DNA of 51,017 bases from sequence record DRR723986_3136; one strand, given 5' to 3'. Of the stretch, positions 9,360 to 19,591 are shown piece by piece; position 1 is the stretch's first letter; each line of letters opens with the position of its first letter. A model generated the notes under the pieces. That model saw only the letters and a program-made list of their open reading frames with translations. It was not told where the DNA came from and made no database searches. The position numbers and the translations under genes are program-made.

Positions 9360-10915
9360 TGCGCCGCGGCAGGTGCCGGGCCTTTCGGCTTGTCCAGCAG
9401 CATGACCGCCATCAGGACCAGGGCGAACGACATCGACATGGTCAGGAAAAGGTTGTTATAGGTCATCACCGCCGCTTCCATCTTTGTACGGTAGACCAGC
9501 TGCGCCAGTGCCGTGCCTTCCGGATCCGTCACACCGGCGGCCTGCATCTGGGCCGTCATGTTCGACAGGAAGGATTGCACTTCCGGACGGGCAAGCGACA
9601 TGCCGCTCGCAATCTGTTGTTCATGCATCTGGTTGAAGCTGATCATCATCGTCGTCAGGATCGCGATGCCAATGGCCCCGCCAAGGTTCCTGCAGACAGT
9701 AAACAGGCCGGATGCATTGGCCACCCGCTCCGGCGGTAGCCTCCCGAGCGCCAGGTTCGTGGTCGGCACCATGGTGAGGATCAGGCCCCCGCCCCGCAAG
9801 GCTTGCGGCCAGAACAATTCGTGGAAGCCGGACTGGGCCGTCAGATGCCCGTTCAGCCATGTGCCGATGGCGGCCAGCGTCAGGCCCACCGCTACGACAA
9901 AACGCGGATCATAGCGCTTGGTCATCGCCCCGGCGATCGGCCCGCCGATGAACATGGCGAAACCGGCGACACTCATCACCTCACCGATCTGAAGGGAGGA
10001 GTATCCCCGTACCTGCCCCAGATAGAGCGGCAACAGGAACACCGATCCATAGAGCCCGAAGCCCATGACGGAGCCAATGATCGCGCCCGAGGCAAAGTTC
10101 CGGTCCTGGAACACACGCAGATCCACCAGCGGTACCGGTGACGTCAGCGCGCGGCGGAAGAAGATGGCCGCCGCAATCGCGCAGACGATGGACGCCTTCA
10201 CAATCGCCGAGCTCTGGAACCAGCTGTCGCCCGGGCCTTCGTCAATGATCCATTCGAACAGGCCGAGGAACAGCGCCATCGAGATCAGCGCCGTCACATC
10301 GAGGCGGCGCAGAAGCGCGATCTCCCCTTTCTGCTTCGGAATGAAAAGGAAAACGAGTGTGATCGCGGCAATGCCCGGCACGATGTTGATCAGGAACAGC
10401 CAGTGCCACGACATGTGCTGGGTGATCCAGCCGCCAAGCGTCGGGCCGATGGAGGGCGCGAGCGTTGCCACCATGCCGATCATCACCTGTTGGGTCATTG
10501 ACCGGCCGGCGGGAAACAGCGTGAAGCTGGCCGCCATTGTGGTCGGCACCATGGCCGCACCGGCGAAGCCCTGGATGATGCGGAAGGAGATCAGGGAGTC
10601 GAGGTCCCATGAGATGGCGCACAGGATGCTGGAAACGACGAAGCCCGCCGCTGACATCATGAACAGCTTCCGTATACCGAAGGCCCGGTTGAGAAAGCCC
10701 GACAGAGGAATGCCGACGACTTCGGCCACCAGATAGCCGGTCTGGATCCATGCGATCTCTTCCTGGCTGGCAGACACGCCGGCCTGGATCTGGCGGATGG
10801 AGCTCGCGACGATCTGGATGTCCAGGATCGCCATGAACATCCCGATCACCATCGCAAAGAAGCCGATGTTGAGCGCGAGCTCTGACGATGTCTTTTGCCG
10901 AATTGCGTTGACCAT
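9356..10915 (-). CDS. DHA2 family MFS efflux permease (EmrB-like)
   Basis: GMFMAILDIQIV, GPTLGGWI, WHWLFLINI motifs; many TM helices. Confidence 0.92.
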   Translation of the reverse strand: MVNAIRQKTSSELALNIGFFAMVIGMFMAILDIQIVASSIRQIQAGVSASQEEIAWIQTGYLVAEVVGIPLSGFLNRAFGIRKLFMMSAAGFVVSSILCAISWDLDSLISFRIIQGFAGAAMVPTTMAASFTLFPAGRSMTQQVMIGMVATLAPSIGPTLGGWITQHMSWHWLFLINIVPGIAAITLVFLFIPKQKGEIALLRRLDVTALISMALFLGLFEWIIDEGPGDSWFQSSAIVKASIVCAIAAAIFFRRALTSPVPLVDLRVFQDRNFASGAIIGSVMGFGLYGSVFLLPLYLGQVRGYSSLQIGEVMSVAGFAMFIGGPIAGAMTKRYDPRFVVAVGLTLAAIGTWLNGHLTAQSGFHELFWPQALRGGGLILTMVPTTNLALGRLPPERVANASGLFTVCRNLGGAIGIAILTTMMISFNQMHEQQIASGMSLARPEVQSFLSNMTAQMQAAGVTDPEGTALAQLVYRTKMEAAVMTYNNLFLTMSMSFALVLMAVMLLDKPKGPAPAAAH

Positions 10916-10942
10916 GGCGAACCTCGCGCGAGGCTGGGCGGC

Positions 10943-12244
10943 TTAGCCGTCCACCCCTTTCGCAATCACCGTCGCTTCAACTGAAAGGCCAGGGCGCATC
11001 AGGCCGGAGGCCAGTGCCTCATCCGAAATTTTCACCCGCACGGGAACGCGCTGGACGATCTTGGTGAAGTTGCCGGTCGCCGTATCCATCGGGATCAGGC
11101 TGAACTGGCCGCCGGTCGCGGGCGCGATGGAATCCAGCGTGCCGGTCACTTTCATGTCCGGATACGCATCGACATGAATGTCGACTTCCTGGCCGGGGCG
11201 CATGCGCTCGACCTGCGTTTCCTTGAAGTTGGCGACGATATAGGCCTCGGACACCGGCACGATCGACATGGTCTGCTGGCCAGGGTTCAGCAGCTGACCT
11301 GCCGCGACGACGCGGTTGGCGACGACACCGTCAAAGGGCGCGCGCAGCTCGGTGCGGGTCGCATCGAGCTTTGCCGCATCCACACGGGCCTGCGCGGCGT
11401 CGACCTGGGCTTCAGCGCCGGCAACAGCGGCCTTGGCGGAGGCGAGGTCTTCCTCGGCGCGGTGGTAATTTGCCTGCGCAACGCTCAGTTCGCTTTGTGC
11501 GGTGGTGATACCGGCTTTCAACTGGTCCAGTGTTGCGCGGGCAGCCTGTGCCTTGGTTGCGGCCGCATCGAGACTCGCCTTCGGGTAATGTCCTTTCCCA
11601 GCAAGCTCCGTATACCGCTCAAGATCATGCGTGGCGAGCGTGGCGTCCGCCTCTGCCGCGGCAGCGCTGGCCCTGGACTGGGCGAGACGGTCGCGCTGGG
11701 CCGAGATCTGGGCGGCAGCCGTCTGCAGGTTTGCTTCAGCAGCAGCAACACCGGCGCGGGCCTGCATCTGCGCGGCAACAGCCTGCTGGAACGCAGCAGC
11801 CGCTTCCGACACGCGGGTCGCATAATCGGCCACCTCCAGCGTCACCAGAAGGACACCGGCCTTCACGGCCTGATTGTCGGTCACATGGACCTGTTCGACA
11901 TAGCCCTGCACTTTCGGAGAGATCGTCGCGATATCGGCGCGGATATAGGCATTGTCCGTGGTGATTTCATACCGGCCGGCGACCAGCCAGTGGATACCCT
12001 GATATCCAACGAACAGAGCGAGCAGCAGACCCGCGCCGGACAGGATGTATTTCCGGGGGTCTGCCTTGAACCTGGCAACCAGGCCCTGCCCTTCGGGCGA
12101 AGCGGCGCGCTGAACGGGGGCATCGTTCTCAGGGGCGCGGTCCGGCATTTTGGCCGCAGGGGTTTCGGCCTGGTTGGGTGCCTGCGCCGCGGGAGGGACG
12201 GCAGCGGGCTGGGAGGTGTCACGCTTGAAGGGTTGTACGGCCAT
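10943..12244 (-). CDS. HlyD/EmrA family membrane-fusion protein
   Basis: TTDNAY, coiled-coil hairpin, RAPFDG, ANFKETQ, ATGNFTKIVQRVPV. Confidence 0.92.
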   Translation of the reverse strand: MAVQPFKRDTSQPAAVPPAAQAPNQAETPAAKMPDRAPENDAPVQRAASPEGQGLVARFKADPRKYILSGAGLLLALFVGYQGIHWLVAGRYEITTDNAYIRADIATISPKVQGYVEQVHVTDNQAVKAGVLLVTLEVADYATRVSEAAAAFQQAVAAQMQARAGVAAAEANLQTAAAQISAQRDRLAQSRASAAAAEADATLATHDLERYTELAGKGHYPKASLDAAATKAQAARATLDQLKAGITTAQSELSVAQANYHRAEEDLASAKAAVAGAEAQVDAAQARVDAAKLDATRTELRAPFDGVVANRVVAAGQLLNPGQQTMSIVPVSEAYIVANFKETQVERMRPGQEVDIHVDAYPDMKVTGTLDSIAPATGGQFSLIPMDTATGNFTKIVQRVPVRVKISDEALASGLMRPGLSVEATVIAKGVDG

Positions 12245-12295
12245 GGGAGGAGTTCCGCGGTATTGGTTCTGGATCCCGGTGGTAGACCCAAAATG

Positions 12296-12337
12296 TGTAA
12301 TTCCGGTTACATTGCTTGCAATGTAATCCGCGTTACA
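12296..12337. promoter_or_regulatory. Twin palindromic operator TGTAA-N6-TTACA (12296-12311 and 12322-12337), probable TetR sites
   Basis: Two boxes with identical arms between the divergent emrA-like and tetR genes. Confidence 0.75.
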
Positions 12338-12350
12338 CCAAAATCAACCC

Positions 12351-13019
12351 ATGAACAGTATTCAGAAGCCCAAAGCCTCCGCCCCAGCCGCCATCAAGGC
12401 GCCCGAAGGGGCATCGCGCGCCGAAATCCGGCGCGCTGCTTTTCTTGAAGCAGCCCAGGAAGTCTTTCTGGAACAAGGCTTTGAAGCTGCCAACATGTCG
12501 GAAATTGTCCGGCGGGCTGGCGGCTCTCTCGCGACGCTTTATTCCCAGTTCGGTGACAAGGAAGGCATCTTCCTGGCCATGCTGGAAACCCGCATGAAGG
12601 AAGTCACCGCCACGCTGGAAGTCGAACTTCAGGCGCATACGCCGGTGGAGGAAGGCCTGCGCCGCATCGGCGAGCAGTTTGCCGGCAAGCTGGTCCAGCC
12701 CAATTCGCTGGAGCTCTACCGCCTGATTGTCGGCATGGCAAAGAAGTATCCCGACATCGCTGCGACCTTCATGAAGCTCGGCCCCAACAAGGTGCGCGCA
12801 GGCCTTGCCGCATACCTGCAAGACCGGGCCGATGCCGGGGAAATTCCCCAATCGGACCAATATGAGACGCTGGGCTCGCTCTTCCTCGACATGGTCCGCT
12901 CGCCGCTGCAGAGCCGCGCGCTGCTGGACGCCAAAGTGCGCCCGACGGAAGACGATGTCCGCACCAGCGTGGACCGGGCTGTCTGCATGTTCCTCCACGG
13001 CCTTTCGGGAAAACACTAG
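12351..13019 (+). CDS. TetR/AcrR family regulator
   Basis: HTH AAQEVFLEQGF...IVRRAGGSLATLYSQFGDKEGIF; divergent from the efflux operon. Confidence 0.92.
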   Translation: MNSIQKPKASAPAAIKAPEGASRAEIRRAAFLEAAQEVFLEQGFEAANMSEIVRRAGGSLATLYSQFGDKEGIFLAMLETRMKEVTATLEVELQAHTPVEEGLRRIGEQFAGKLVQPNSLELYRLIVGMAKKYPDIAATFMKLGPNKVRAGLAAYLQDRADAGEIPQSDQYETLGSLFLDMVRSPLQSRALLDAKVRPTEDDVRTSVDRAVCMFLHGLSGKH

Positions 13020-13089
13020 GCTGGCCCGATCAATCGATTGCCGCGGCCCGGCTACCCAGCTACCCTCCCGGGAAAATAGGGAGGAATAA

Positions 13090-14226
13090 ATGGCTGACGG
13101 GGAAGTTGGCGGCATCGTGGACGACAGGTTCGCCGCCGTCAGAGAACAGTTCGAGAAAAACCTGAACGACGGCACCGACATCGGCGCGTCCTTCTGCGTC
13201 ATCAAGGATGGCGAACCGGTGATCGACCTCTGGGGCGGCTGGGCTGACGAGGAACGCACGCGGCCCTGGGAGAAGGACACGATCGTCAACGTCTACTCGA
13301 CGACCAAAACGATGACGGCGCTGACCGCCCTGTGGCTCGCCGATCAGGGCAAGCTCGATTTCGATGCGCCGGTCGCCGCGTACTGGCCGGAGTTTGCAGC
13401 GAGCGGCAAGGAGGCCGTGAAAGTCAGCCACTTGATGAGCCATTCGGCCGGTCTCTCCGGCTGGACCGAACCGCTGGACAAGCGTGATCTCTATGACTGG
13501 GATAAGGCGACCGGCCTGCTGGCCGCGCAGGCTCCACTCTGGGAGCCTGGCACAGGCTCCGGCTATCACGCGATCACGCAAGGCTATCTCATCGGCGAAG
13601 TGATCCGGCGGATTGACGGACGCACGGTCGGCACCGTGTTCCGGGAAGAGTTCGCCGAACCTCTGGACGCGGATTTCCATATCGGTCTTCCGGCCTCGGA
13701 GGATCACCGGGTGGCGGACCTGAAGCCGCCGCCAGGCGCAGGCCTTGGCGGCGCAGCACAGAACGAGATTCAACGTGTGGCCTTCGAACATCCGGCGATC
13801 GATGTTGCCGAAACACGCACGCGGGCCTGGCGCGGGGCTGAAATTCCTGCTGCGGGCGGCACGGGCAATGCCCGCTCCGTCGCGACCGTCCAGTCGATCC
13901 TCGCGAATGGCGGCGTGATGAACGGCAAACGGTTCCTTTCGGAGGCCGGATGCCGCAAGGCGCTGGAGTGCCAGGTGGACGGCACCGATATGGTGCTAGG
14001 CATACCGGTCCGGTTCGGGCTCGGTTATGGTCTCTCCGGCCCGCTGTCACCGGCCCTGAACGATCAGTCGATGTTCTGGGGCGGCTATGGCGGCTCCATC
14101 GTGCTGGTCGACATGGAGAACCGGATGACTATCGCTTATGCGATGAACCGGATGGAAGGCACGACGACGGGCGACATGCGTGCAATCACGCTGGCCGCCC
14201 AGGTCTGGCAGGCGATGGCGGGCTGA
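13090..14226 (+). CDS. Serine hydrolase of the beta-lactamase fold (family VIII esterase-like)
   Basis: SxxK (STTK), LMSHSAGL, GYH, WGGYGGS. Confidence 0.88.
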   Translation: MADGEVGGIVDDRFAAVREQFEKNLNDGTDIGASFCVIKDGEPVIDLWGGWADEERTRPWEKDTIVNVYSTTKTMTALTALWLADQGKLDFDAPVAAYWPEFAASGKEAVKVSHLMSHSAGLSGWTEPLDKRDLYDWDKATGLLAAQAPLWEPGTGSGYHAITQGYLIGEVIRRIDGRTVGTVFREEFAEPLDADFHIGLPASEDHRVADLKPPPGAGLGGAAQNEIQRVAFEHPAIDVAETRTRAWRGAEIPAAGGTGNARSVATVQSILANGGVMNGKRFLSEAGCRKALECQVDGTDMVLGIPVRFGLGYGLSGPLSPALNDQSMFWGGYGGSIVLVDMENRMTIAYAMNRMEGTTTGDMRAITLAAQVWQAMAG

Positions 14227-14232
14227 TCCGCC

Positions 14233-15345
14233 CTATTCGCCTGCGCCGTCGAGCATGGACTTGAAGCCGCTCGGCTTGTGCGGCCCCATGAACAGCTGCT
14301 CGAACGCGCCAATCCCTTCGGAAGTCTGGCCACCAGGGCCGGAAAGCTTCGCCCGGACGATCTCCTGGATGTGCAAATTCTCCGGGATGTTCCACGGTGC
14401 ATTCGGGTCCATGTCTTCGCGCTCGACGACCAGCTGGTCGCCATGGCTCATGCCATGCTTGAACTTGGCGTGACCATATCCGATGCCGCGCATCAGGAAA
14501 GTGCCCATGGGCTCGAAGTCCACCGCATACGGATTTCCCTGACTATCCTTCATGCTGAGGCGTGCTTTCGCCATGCGGCGCGTACCCGGCGCGTAGGTCA
14601 CGTCCATCTGCGCATCGTCGAGATGCAGGTGCTCGCCATGTTTCGCACCATCCGCAGCCAAGACAGCGCGCTTGTTCCACGCCTCCCCTTCGCCATCGTC
14701 ATTGACGTGGAAATAGAGCGCCTGGTTTGCAAAATTCGTCGGCGTCCAGATCCAGTAGAATTGCGGCTCCAGCGGCGGGATCAGCGGCTGGGTGTCCTGG
14801 GCCCCGATGGGGCGCACACCCCAGGACCGGTCCCGCGTCCCGGACCAGCTGTCGGGATTGACCTCGATTTCCCTGCCGTCGATCCGCAGCTTGCCGGACC
14901 AGTGCCCGTTCTGCGTCATGCGCGTCAGGTCCATCAGCATCCGCGGCCCCTGGCGGCGGGTGAAGCGCGGCTCCTCGACCGGGAAGGCCCGGCCGGTGAA
15001 TTCCACGTCGAGCGCGATGCCTTCGGTCTCTTCCAGCTTCAGCCGGATCCGCTTCAGCGGCTCCAGCACTTCCACCGACATGCCGCCGATATATGTGTCC
15101 ATCCGCTCCATGTTCAGGGGACGAGAAAAGAAGACCGAGCTCTGCTTCCCGTTGTAAAGCACCGACACCGATCCATCGATGATGTTCAGATGCGGGTAGA
15201 CCCCCATCGCCGCAGCGAAGAACACGGATCCGTCAGAGGAATAGCCATTGTAGAAGTAACGGTCGTAGAAGTTCCGGTCCGATCCGGAAAAAGCGACCGG
15301 CTCCGGTGTCTGGTGGATTGGATATTCATCTCCGGCGGTGAGCAT
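14233..15345 (-). CDS. Uncharacterised protein (beta-rich; alternative GTG start at 15354)
   Basis: Long coding-like ORF with DEYPIHQ, FYDRYFYN and GTRDRSWGVRP motifs. Confidence 0.75.
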   Translation of the reverse strand: MLTAGDEYPIHQTPEPVAFSGSDRNFYDRYFYNGYSSDGSVFFAAAMGVYPHLNIIDGSVSVLYNGKQSSVFFSRPLNMERMDTYIGGMSVEVLEPLKRIRLKLEETEGIALDVEFTGRAFPVEEPRFTRRQGPRMLMDLTRMTQNGHWSGKLRIDGREIEVNPDSWSGTRDRSWGVRPIGAQDTQPLIPPLEPQFYWIWTPTNFANQALYFHVNDDGEGEAWNKRAVLAADGAKHGEHLHLDDAQMDVTYAPGTRRMAKARLSMKDSQGNPYAVDFEPMGTFLMRGIGYGHAKFKHGMSHGDQLVVEREDMDPNAPWNIPENLHIQEIVRAKLSGPGGQTSEGIGAFEQLFMGPHKPSGFKSMLDGAGE

Positions 15346-15449
15346 TGTTCGCACTTCCTTCCTCTGGGTGACCTCTTGGCGGGCTCGTCATGCAAGCTAG
15401 GGTGTACGAGGGAAACCCCGGCGACAAGGGGTGACGCGAGGGAGGCACC

Positions 15450-15878
15450 ATGTCCTGTAAAATGAATCCGGAGGAAGCCAACACGTTCCTGCGTCAGGCC
15501 TTTGAAGGCCAGTCGGTGCGCACGGAAATCGTGGAAATGGTGGAAGGCCGCGCCGTGGTGCGACTAAGAGCTGACAAGACGAATCTGCGTCCTGGCGGCT
15601 ATATTTCCGGACCGACACAGATGTCCCTGGTCGACACGGCGTCCTACTTCGCCGTCATGACCGTGACCGGACTGGAGCCTATGGCCGTGACCAGCAGCCT
15701 GAACATGAGTTTCCTGCGTCCCTGCATCGGCGATGTCGTGCTTGCAGACGCCCGCATCATGAAGATCGGGCAGACGCTGGCCGTCATGGATGTGGACGTG
15801 CGCGTGGAAGGTGCGACCAAGCCATCCAGCCATGCGGTCGTCACCTATGCCCTGCCCCGGAAGGATGTGCCCGCTTGA
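15450..15878 (+). CDS. PaaI family (hotdog) thioesterase
   Basis: LRPGGYISGPTQMSLVD and AVTSSLNMSFLRP; GGGAGG RBS. Confidence 0.88.
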   Translation: MSCKMNPEEANTFLRQAFEGQSVRTEIVEMVEGRAVVRLRADKTNLRPGGYISGPTQMSLVDTASYFAVMTVTGLEPMAVTSSLNMSFLRPCIGDVVLADARIMKIGQTLAVMDVDVRVEGATKPSSHAVVTYALPRKDVPA

Positions 15879-16237
15879 ACCGGCTCGCGGCCCTCGCAGC
15901 GCTGATCGGCTTCTGCGGTGTCGCCCTCGGCGCATTTGGCGCGCATGCCCTGGAAGGGGTCCTGACACCTGAAGGAGCCGACTGGTGGCATACGGCGACC
16001 GTGTACGTGCTGCCCCATGCAGCGGCGGCACTGGCCATCGCCTTGTCTGTCCGTGGCGGCCTGGTCCGCACCGGCGGCTGGTGCATGGTCATCGGCGCCG
16101 GCATCTTTGCCGGCACGCTCTACGCAATGGCGCTCGGCGCGCCGCGCTGGTTCGGAGCAATCACCCCGATCGGCGGCGTCTCCTTGCTGGCAGGCTGGGG
16201 ACTGGCTGCCATCGGCAGCTTCAGGGCGTCAGACTGA
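15875..16237 (+). CDS. DUF423/YgdD (TMEM256-like) membrane protein
   Basis: GAFGAHAL, IFAGTLY, GAITPIGG; 4-nt overlap with the upstream gene. Confidence 0.88.
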   Translation: MNRLAALAALIGFCGVALGAFGAHALEGVLTPEGADWWHTATVYVLPHAAAALAIALSVRGGLVRTGGWCMVIGAGIFAGTLYAMALGAPRWFGAITPIGGVSLLAGWGLAAIGSFRASD

Positions 16238-16261
16238 AGGCAGCGAACAGGTTCGCTGCGA

Positions 16262-16882
16262 TCAGGATTTTGCGGAATTCACGGACGCGTATTTGTCGGC
16301 CAGCTGGTCTGCCGTTTCACGCGCATTGTCGATGACGTCTTCAAACGCATCGAGTTCCTTGTCGACCGGCGCGGTGTCGATATCCATGTCGGAACGGGCA
16401 GACACTTCGCCAAGCGCACTCTGGAAGCTGCGGTAAGCCATCTGGGCACGGACGAGTGCGCGCTCATAGCTCATCACGTCGGCGCGGGTCGCGGTGTGGG
16501 CGCCAGTTTCCTGAAGAAGCGTATGAGCTTCGCGGCTGACCTCATTCAGACCGGACCGTGCGGCCTGGCTGTCGGAAACGATGCGGGCAAGCACGAGCGC
16601 CGGCGCTTCGGACCCTGCGCCGATGCGGGCGGCATAGGTGTCGGCCTCGGCCTGGTCGTTGGTAATGCCATTGATCAACGTGTTTGCAAGCCCGGCCAAT
16701 CCGCCACTGGATTTCACCCAGCCGGCATCAACCGCCTTGTCGCAATATTCCGTGGAGGCCGTACGCAGTGCCGACTGGTTTTGGGAAAGCCCCGCCTGCA
16801 CCAGAGCTTCACCTGGTACCATGGAAACGGTTGCGCATCCTGCAAGAAGGCATAGGGATACACCCAGAATTACGCTACGCAT
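16262..16882 (-). CDS. Putative lipoprotein
   Basis: MRSVILGVSLCLLAGC signal peptide and lipobox; helical body. Confidence 0.7.
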   Translation of the reverse strand: MRSVILGVSLCLLAGCATVSMVPGEALVQAGLSQNQSALRTASTEYCDKAVDAGWVKSSGGLAGLANTLINGITNDQAEADTYAARIGAGSEAPALVLARIVSDSQAARSGLNEVSREAHTLLQETGAHTATRADVMSYERALVRAQMAYRSFQSALGEVSARSDMDIDTAPVDKELDAFEDVIDNARETADQLADKYASVNSAKS

Positions 16883-16993
16883 CAAACAGCCACCTGCATT
16901 CTGTTTGGGCCCCAATACGTAATATTCTGTACGTAACGACGGGAACCATGTCCACCTCAGACGGCAGTTTGAACGAAATTAGGTGAAGAGTGA

Positions 16994-17983
16994 ATGAATA
17001 GACGCCCGCCCCGCCGCATTTTGTATCCCAGACACGAGGCTCGGCGGTCTGGCCGGCTGCGCGTTTCGGATATTCACGAAATCTACTGGGAAGAATCCGG
17101 TAACCCTAATGGCGTGCCTGTCATCGCCCTTCACGGCGGCCCCGGGGGCGGCTCAAGCCCCGAAATGCGGAGGTTTTTCGACCCTGAGCGCTATCGCATC
17201 TTCCTGTTCGATCAGCGCGGATGTGGACGTTCCACACCACATTCCGAACTTCGCGAAAACACCACCTGGGACCTGGTGGACGATATTGAGGCACTGCGTG
17301 ATCATGTTGGCGTCAGTCAGTGGCTTGTCTTCGGCGGATCGTGGGGATCGACGCTTTCACTCGCCTATGGCGTGACTCATCCGGAGCGAACTCTCGGATT
17401 GGTATTGCGCGGCATCTTTCTGGTCTCGAAACCGGAAGTGCAATGGTTTTACCAAAGCGGCGCCAGCCGCCTCTTCCCTGACGCCTATGACCGCTACGTC
17501 GCCCCGATTCCGGAAGACGAGCGCGACGACCTGCTGATGGCTTTCCATCGCCGGCTCACCGGCGATGACCGCCAATCGCGGATCGAAGCCGCCCGGGCCT
17601 GGTCCCGCTGGGAGGGGGAGACCCTCTCCATCAAGGGGCCGCTGACCACCCCGCCCCGCTTCAATGAAGATGATTTTGTCGATGCCTTTGCCCGGATCGA
17701 ATGCCACTATTTCGTCAATCGCGGTTTCTTCGCCAGCGACAACTGGCTGCTGGAACAGTGCGCGAAAAAGCTGAAGGATATTCCGGGTGTCATCGTTCAC
17801 GGCCGCTATGATGTGGTGACGCCGCTGTCGACGGCCTGGGCCCTGTCCAAGGCCTGGCCCAAGGCAGAGCTCCACATCGTGCCGGATGCCGGCCACTCCT
17901 CCATGGAGCCCGGCATCGTCGACAAGCTGATTCAGGCGACGGATCATTTTGCGGGTGTCTATGGCTCCAAGGTCCGCGTCTGA
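16994..17983 (+). CDS. pip: Proline iminopeptidase (S33)
   Basis: HGGPGGG, DQRGCGRS, GGSWGS nucleophile, GRYD, AGHS. Confidence 0.95.
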   Translation: MNRRPPRRILYPRHEARRSGRLRVSDIHEIYWEESGNPNGVPVIALHGGPGGGSSPEMRRFFDPERYRIFLFDQRGCGRSTPHSELRENTTWDLVDDIEALRDHVGVSQWLVFGGSWGSTLSLAYGVTHPERTLGLVLRGIFLVSKPEVQWFYQSGASRLFPDAYDRYVAPIPEDERDDLLMAFHRRLTGDDRQSRIEAARAWSRWEGETLSIKGPLTTPPRFNEDDFVDAFARIECHYFVNRGFFASDNWLLEQCAKKLKDIPGVIVHGRYDVVTPLSTAWALSKAWPKAELHIVPDAGHSSMEPGIVDKLIQATDHFAGVYGSKVRV

Positions 17984-18009
17984 CCTCTGCCACACCCGTA
18001 TCATGCAAA

Positions 18010-18038
18010 ACGGGCCCTCCACATCGTGGAGGGCCCGT
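18010..18038. terminator. Hairpin terminator between convergent pip and NSS transporter
   Basis: ACGGGCCCTCCAC-ATC-GTGGAGGGCCCGT perfect stem; T-run on the minus strand. Confidence 0.8.
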
Positions 18039-18085
18039 CTGTATATAGTATTCTTTATTGTGCGGAAGGGCCCGCCTGGGACGAT

Positions 18086-19510
18086 TTATTCTGCAGGCGG
18101 CAGCTCGTAATTCGGCCCCAGCAGGACTTCCAGGAAGCCCGGCAGCTGGACGTGATACTGGTCCTGGATCTTGTCGAAGAAACCGAAGAACAGGACGAAG
18201 CCGACAAAAGCCGGCACGAACCAGCGCATCAGGAACCGCCAGACATTCATGATGTTGCCCTCGCCCAGTTCGGAGGTCAGCATGTCGCGCGACAGCACCC
18301 AGCCGGCAAAGATCGCCACCAGAAGACCGCCCAGCGGTAGCAGGACGTTGCCGGTGATGAAGTCCATGAAGTCGAGATATTCGGTGGAGAAAATATAGGC
18401 CGCCCCGACCAGCCAGAGCATGAAGCCGACGCCGAGCGCAGCCCCCATCCGGGTCACGCCCTGACGTTCCTCCAGCCAGGAAACGGACACCTCCAGAAGC
18501 GAGATCGACGAGGTGAAGGCGGCAAACAGGGCGAGCGCGAAGAACAGGATCGACATGAGGTAGCCGATCGGTCCGAGATTGCCGAACGCGACCGGCATCG
18601 AGACGAAGAAGAGGCTGGGTCCACCTGCCGGGTCGAGGCCTGCGGCGAACACGATCGGGAAAATCGCGAAGCCTGCAATCAGCGCCACGAATGTGTCCGA
18701 GCCTGCAATGATCACGGAAGAACGCGGGATGTTCGTACCGCGGTCGAGGTACGCGCCATAGGTGATCATCAGGCCGACGCCGACGCCGATGGAGAAAAAG
18801 GCCTGCCCCACCGCTTCGAGGAAGGTCTTGAAGCCGACATCCTCCCATTTGGGCTGGAACAGGAAGGCAAAGGTTTCCCCGGCATTGCCGCGCGACAGGG
18901 AGAAACCGACAATAACCAGAAGGATCACGAAGAAGGCCGGCATCAGGATGCTGGCCGCTTTCTCGATACCGCCTTTCACGCCACGCCCGACAATCGCGAT
19001 GTTGGCGAAGATGAAGGCGGCGAGCAGTGCCAGCATGTACCATTTTGAGGCGAGCGCATGCTCACCCTGCCCGATGACATTGGCAAAATTGGTGCCGGAT
19101 GCGGCGGCGTCCATGCCCGCAAAGCCGTTCTTCATGGCCTGGATCACAAAGGCCAGCAGCCAGGCCGAAATCACCATGTAAAAGGACAGGATGAAGGTCG
19201 CCGTAATTGTACCGACCCAGCCGACAAAGCCCCAGCTCTGGCTCTTGCTTTCAGCCCGTGCAAGCGACTCGACGCCTTCAACAGCGGACATGCCGGACTT
19301 CCGGCCCATGCCATATTCCGCCATCAGCACAGGCAAACCAATCAGCACGACGCAAGCGATGTAGATGAGGATGAACGCCCCGCCGCCATTCTCACCAGCT
19401 GTGTACGGGAACCGCCAGAAATTGCCGAGTCCGACCGAAGATCCAACGGCAGCCATGATAAAACCGAAGCGCGAGCTCCAGGTGTCTGCCTTGCGGGCGA
19501 TTGTCGCCAT
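18086..19510 (-). CDS. Sodium-dependent transporter (NSS/SNF family)
   Basis: WSSRFGFIMAAVGSSVGLGNFWRFPY..GENGGGAF, GQAFFS. Confidence 0.95.
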   Translation of the reverse strand: MATIARKADTWSSRFGFIMAAVGSSVGLGNFWRFPYTAGENGGGAFILIYIACVVLIGLPVLMAEYGMGRKSGMSAVEGVESLARAESKSQSWGFVGWVGTITATFILSFYMVISAWLLAFVIQAMKNGFAGMDAAASGTNFANVIGQGEHALASKWYMLALLAAFIFANIAIVGRGVKGGIEKAASILMPAFFVILLVIVGFSLSRGNAGETFAFLFQPKWEDVGFKTFLEAVGQAFFSIGVGVGLMITYGAYLDRGTNIPRSSVIIAGSDTFVALIAGFAIFPIVFAAGLDPAGGPSLFFVSMPVAFGNLGPIGYLMSILFFALALFAAFTSSISLLEVSVSWLEERQGVTRMGAALGVGFMLWLVGAAYIFSTEYLDFMDFITGNVLLPLGGLLVAIFAGWVLSRDMLTSELGEGNIMNVWRFLMRWFVPAFVGFVLFFGFFDKIQDQYHVQLPGFLEVLLGPNYELPPAE

Positions 19511-19591
19511 ATTCCCTCTCCCCAGGGTAAAAAGTTTCGCGCGAAACTATAGGCGGAGAAACAAAAATCAACGCCATATGCTGCGTCAGGG

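Noticed and set aside
11400-11810. Ala/Gln-rich quasi-repeats in the emrA-like gene
   Set aside because: Ordinary coiled-coil hairpin of a membrane-fusion protein
13090-14226. True beta-lactamase
   Set aside because: No signal peptide and WGG in place of KTG, which fits a family VIII esterase
16942-16969. EcfG/SigT promoter (GGAAC...GTT) upstream of pip
   Set aside because: The spacer is about 20 nt, longer than the usual 16-17
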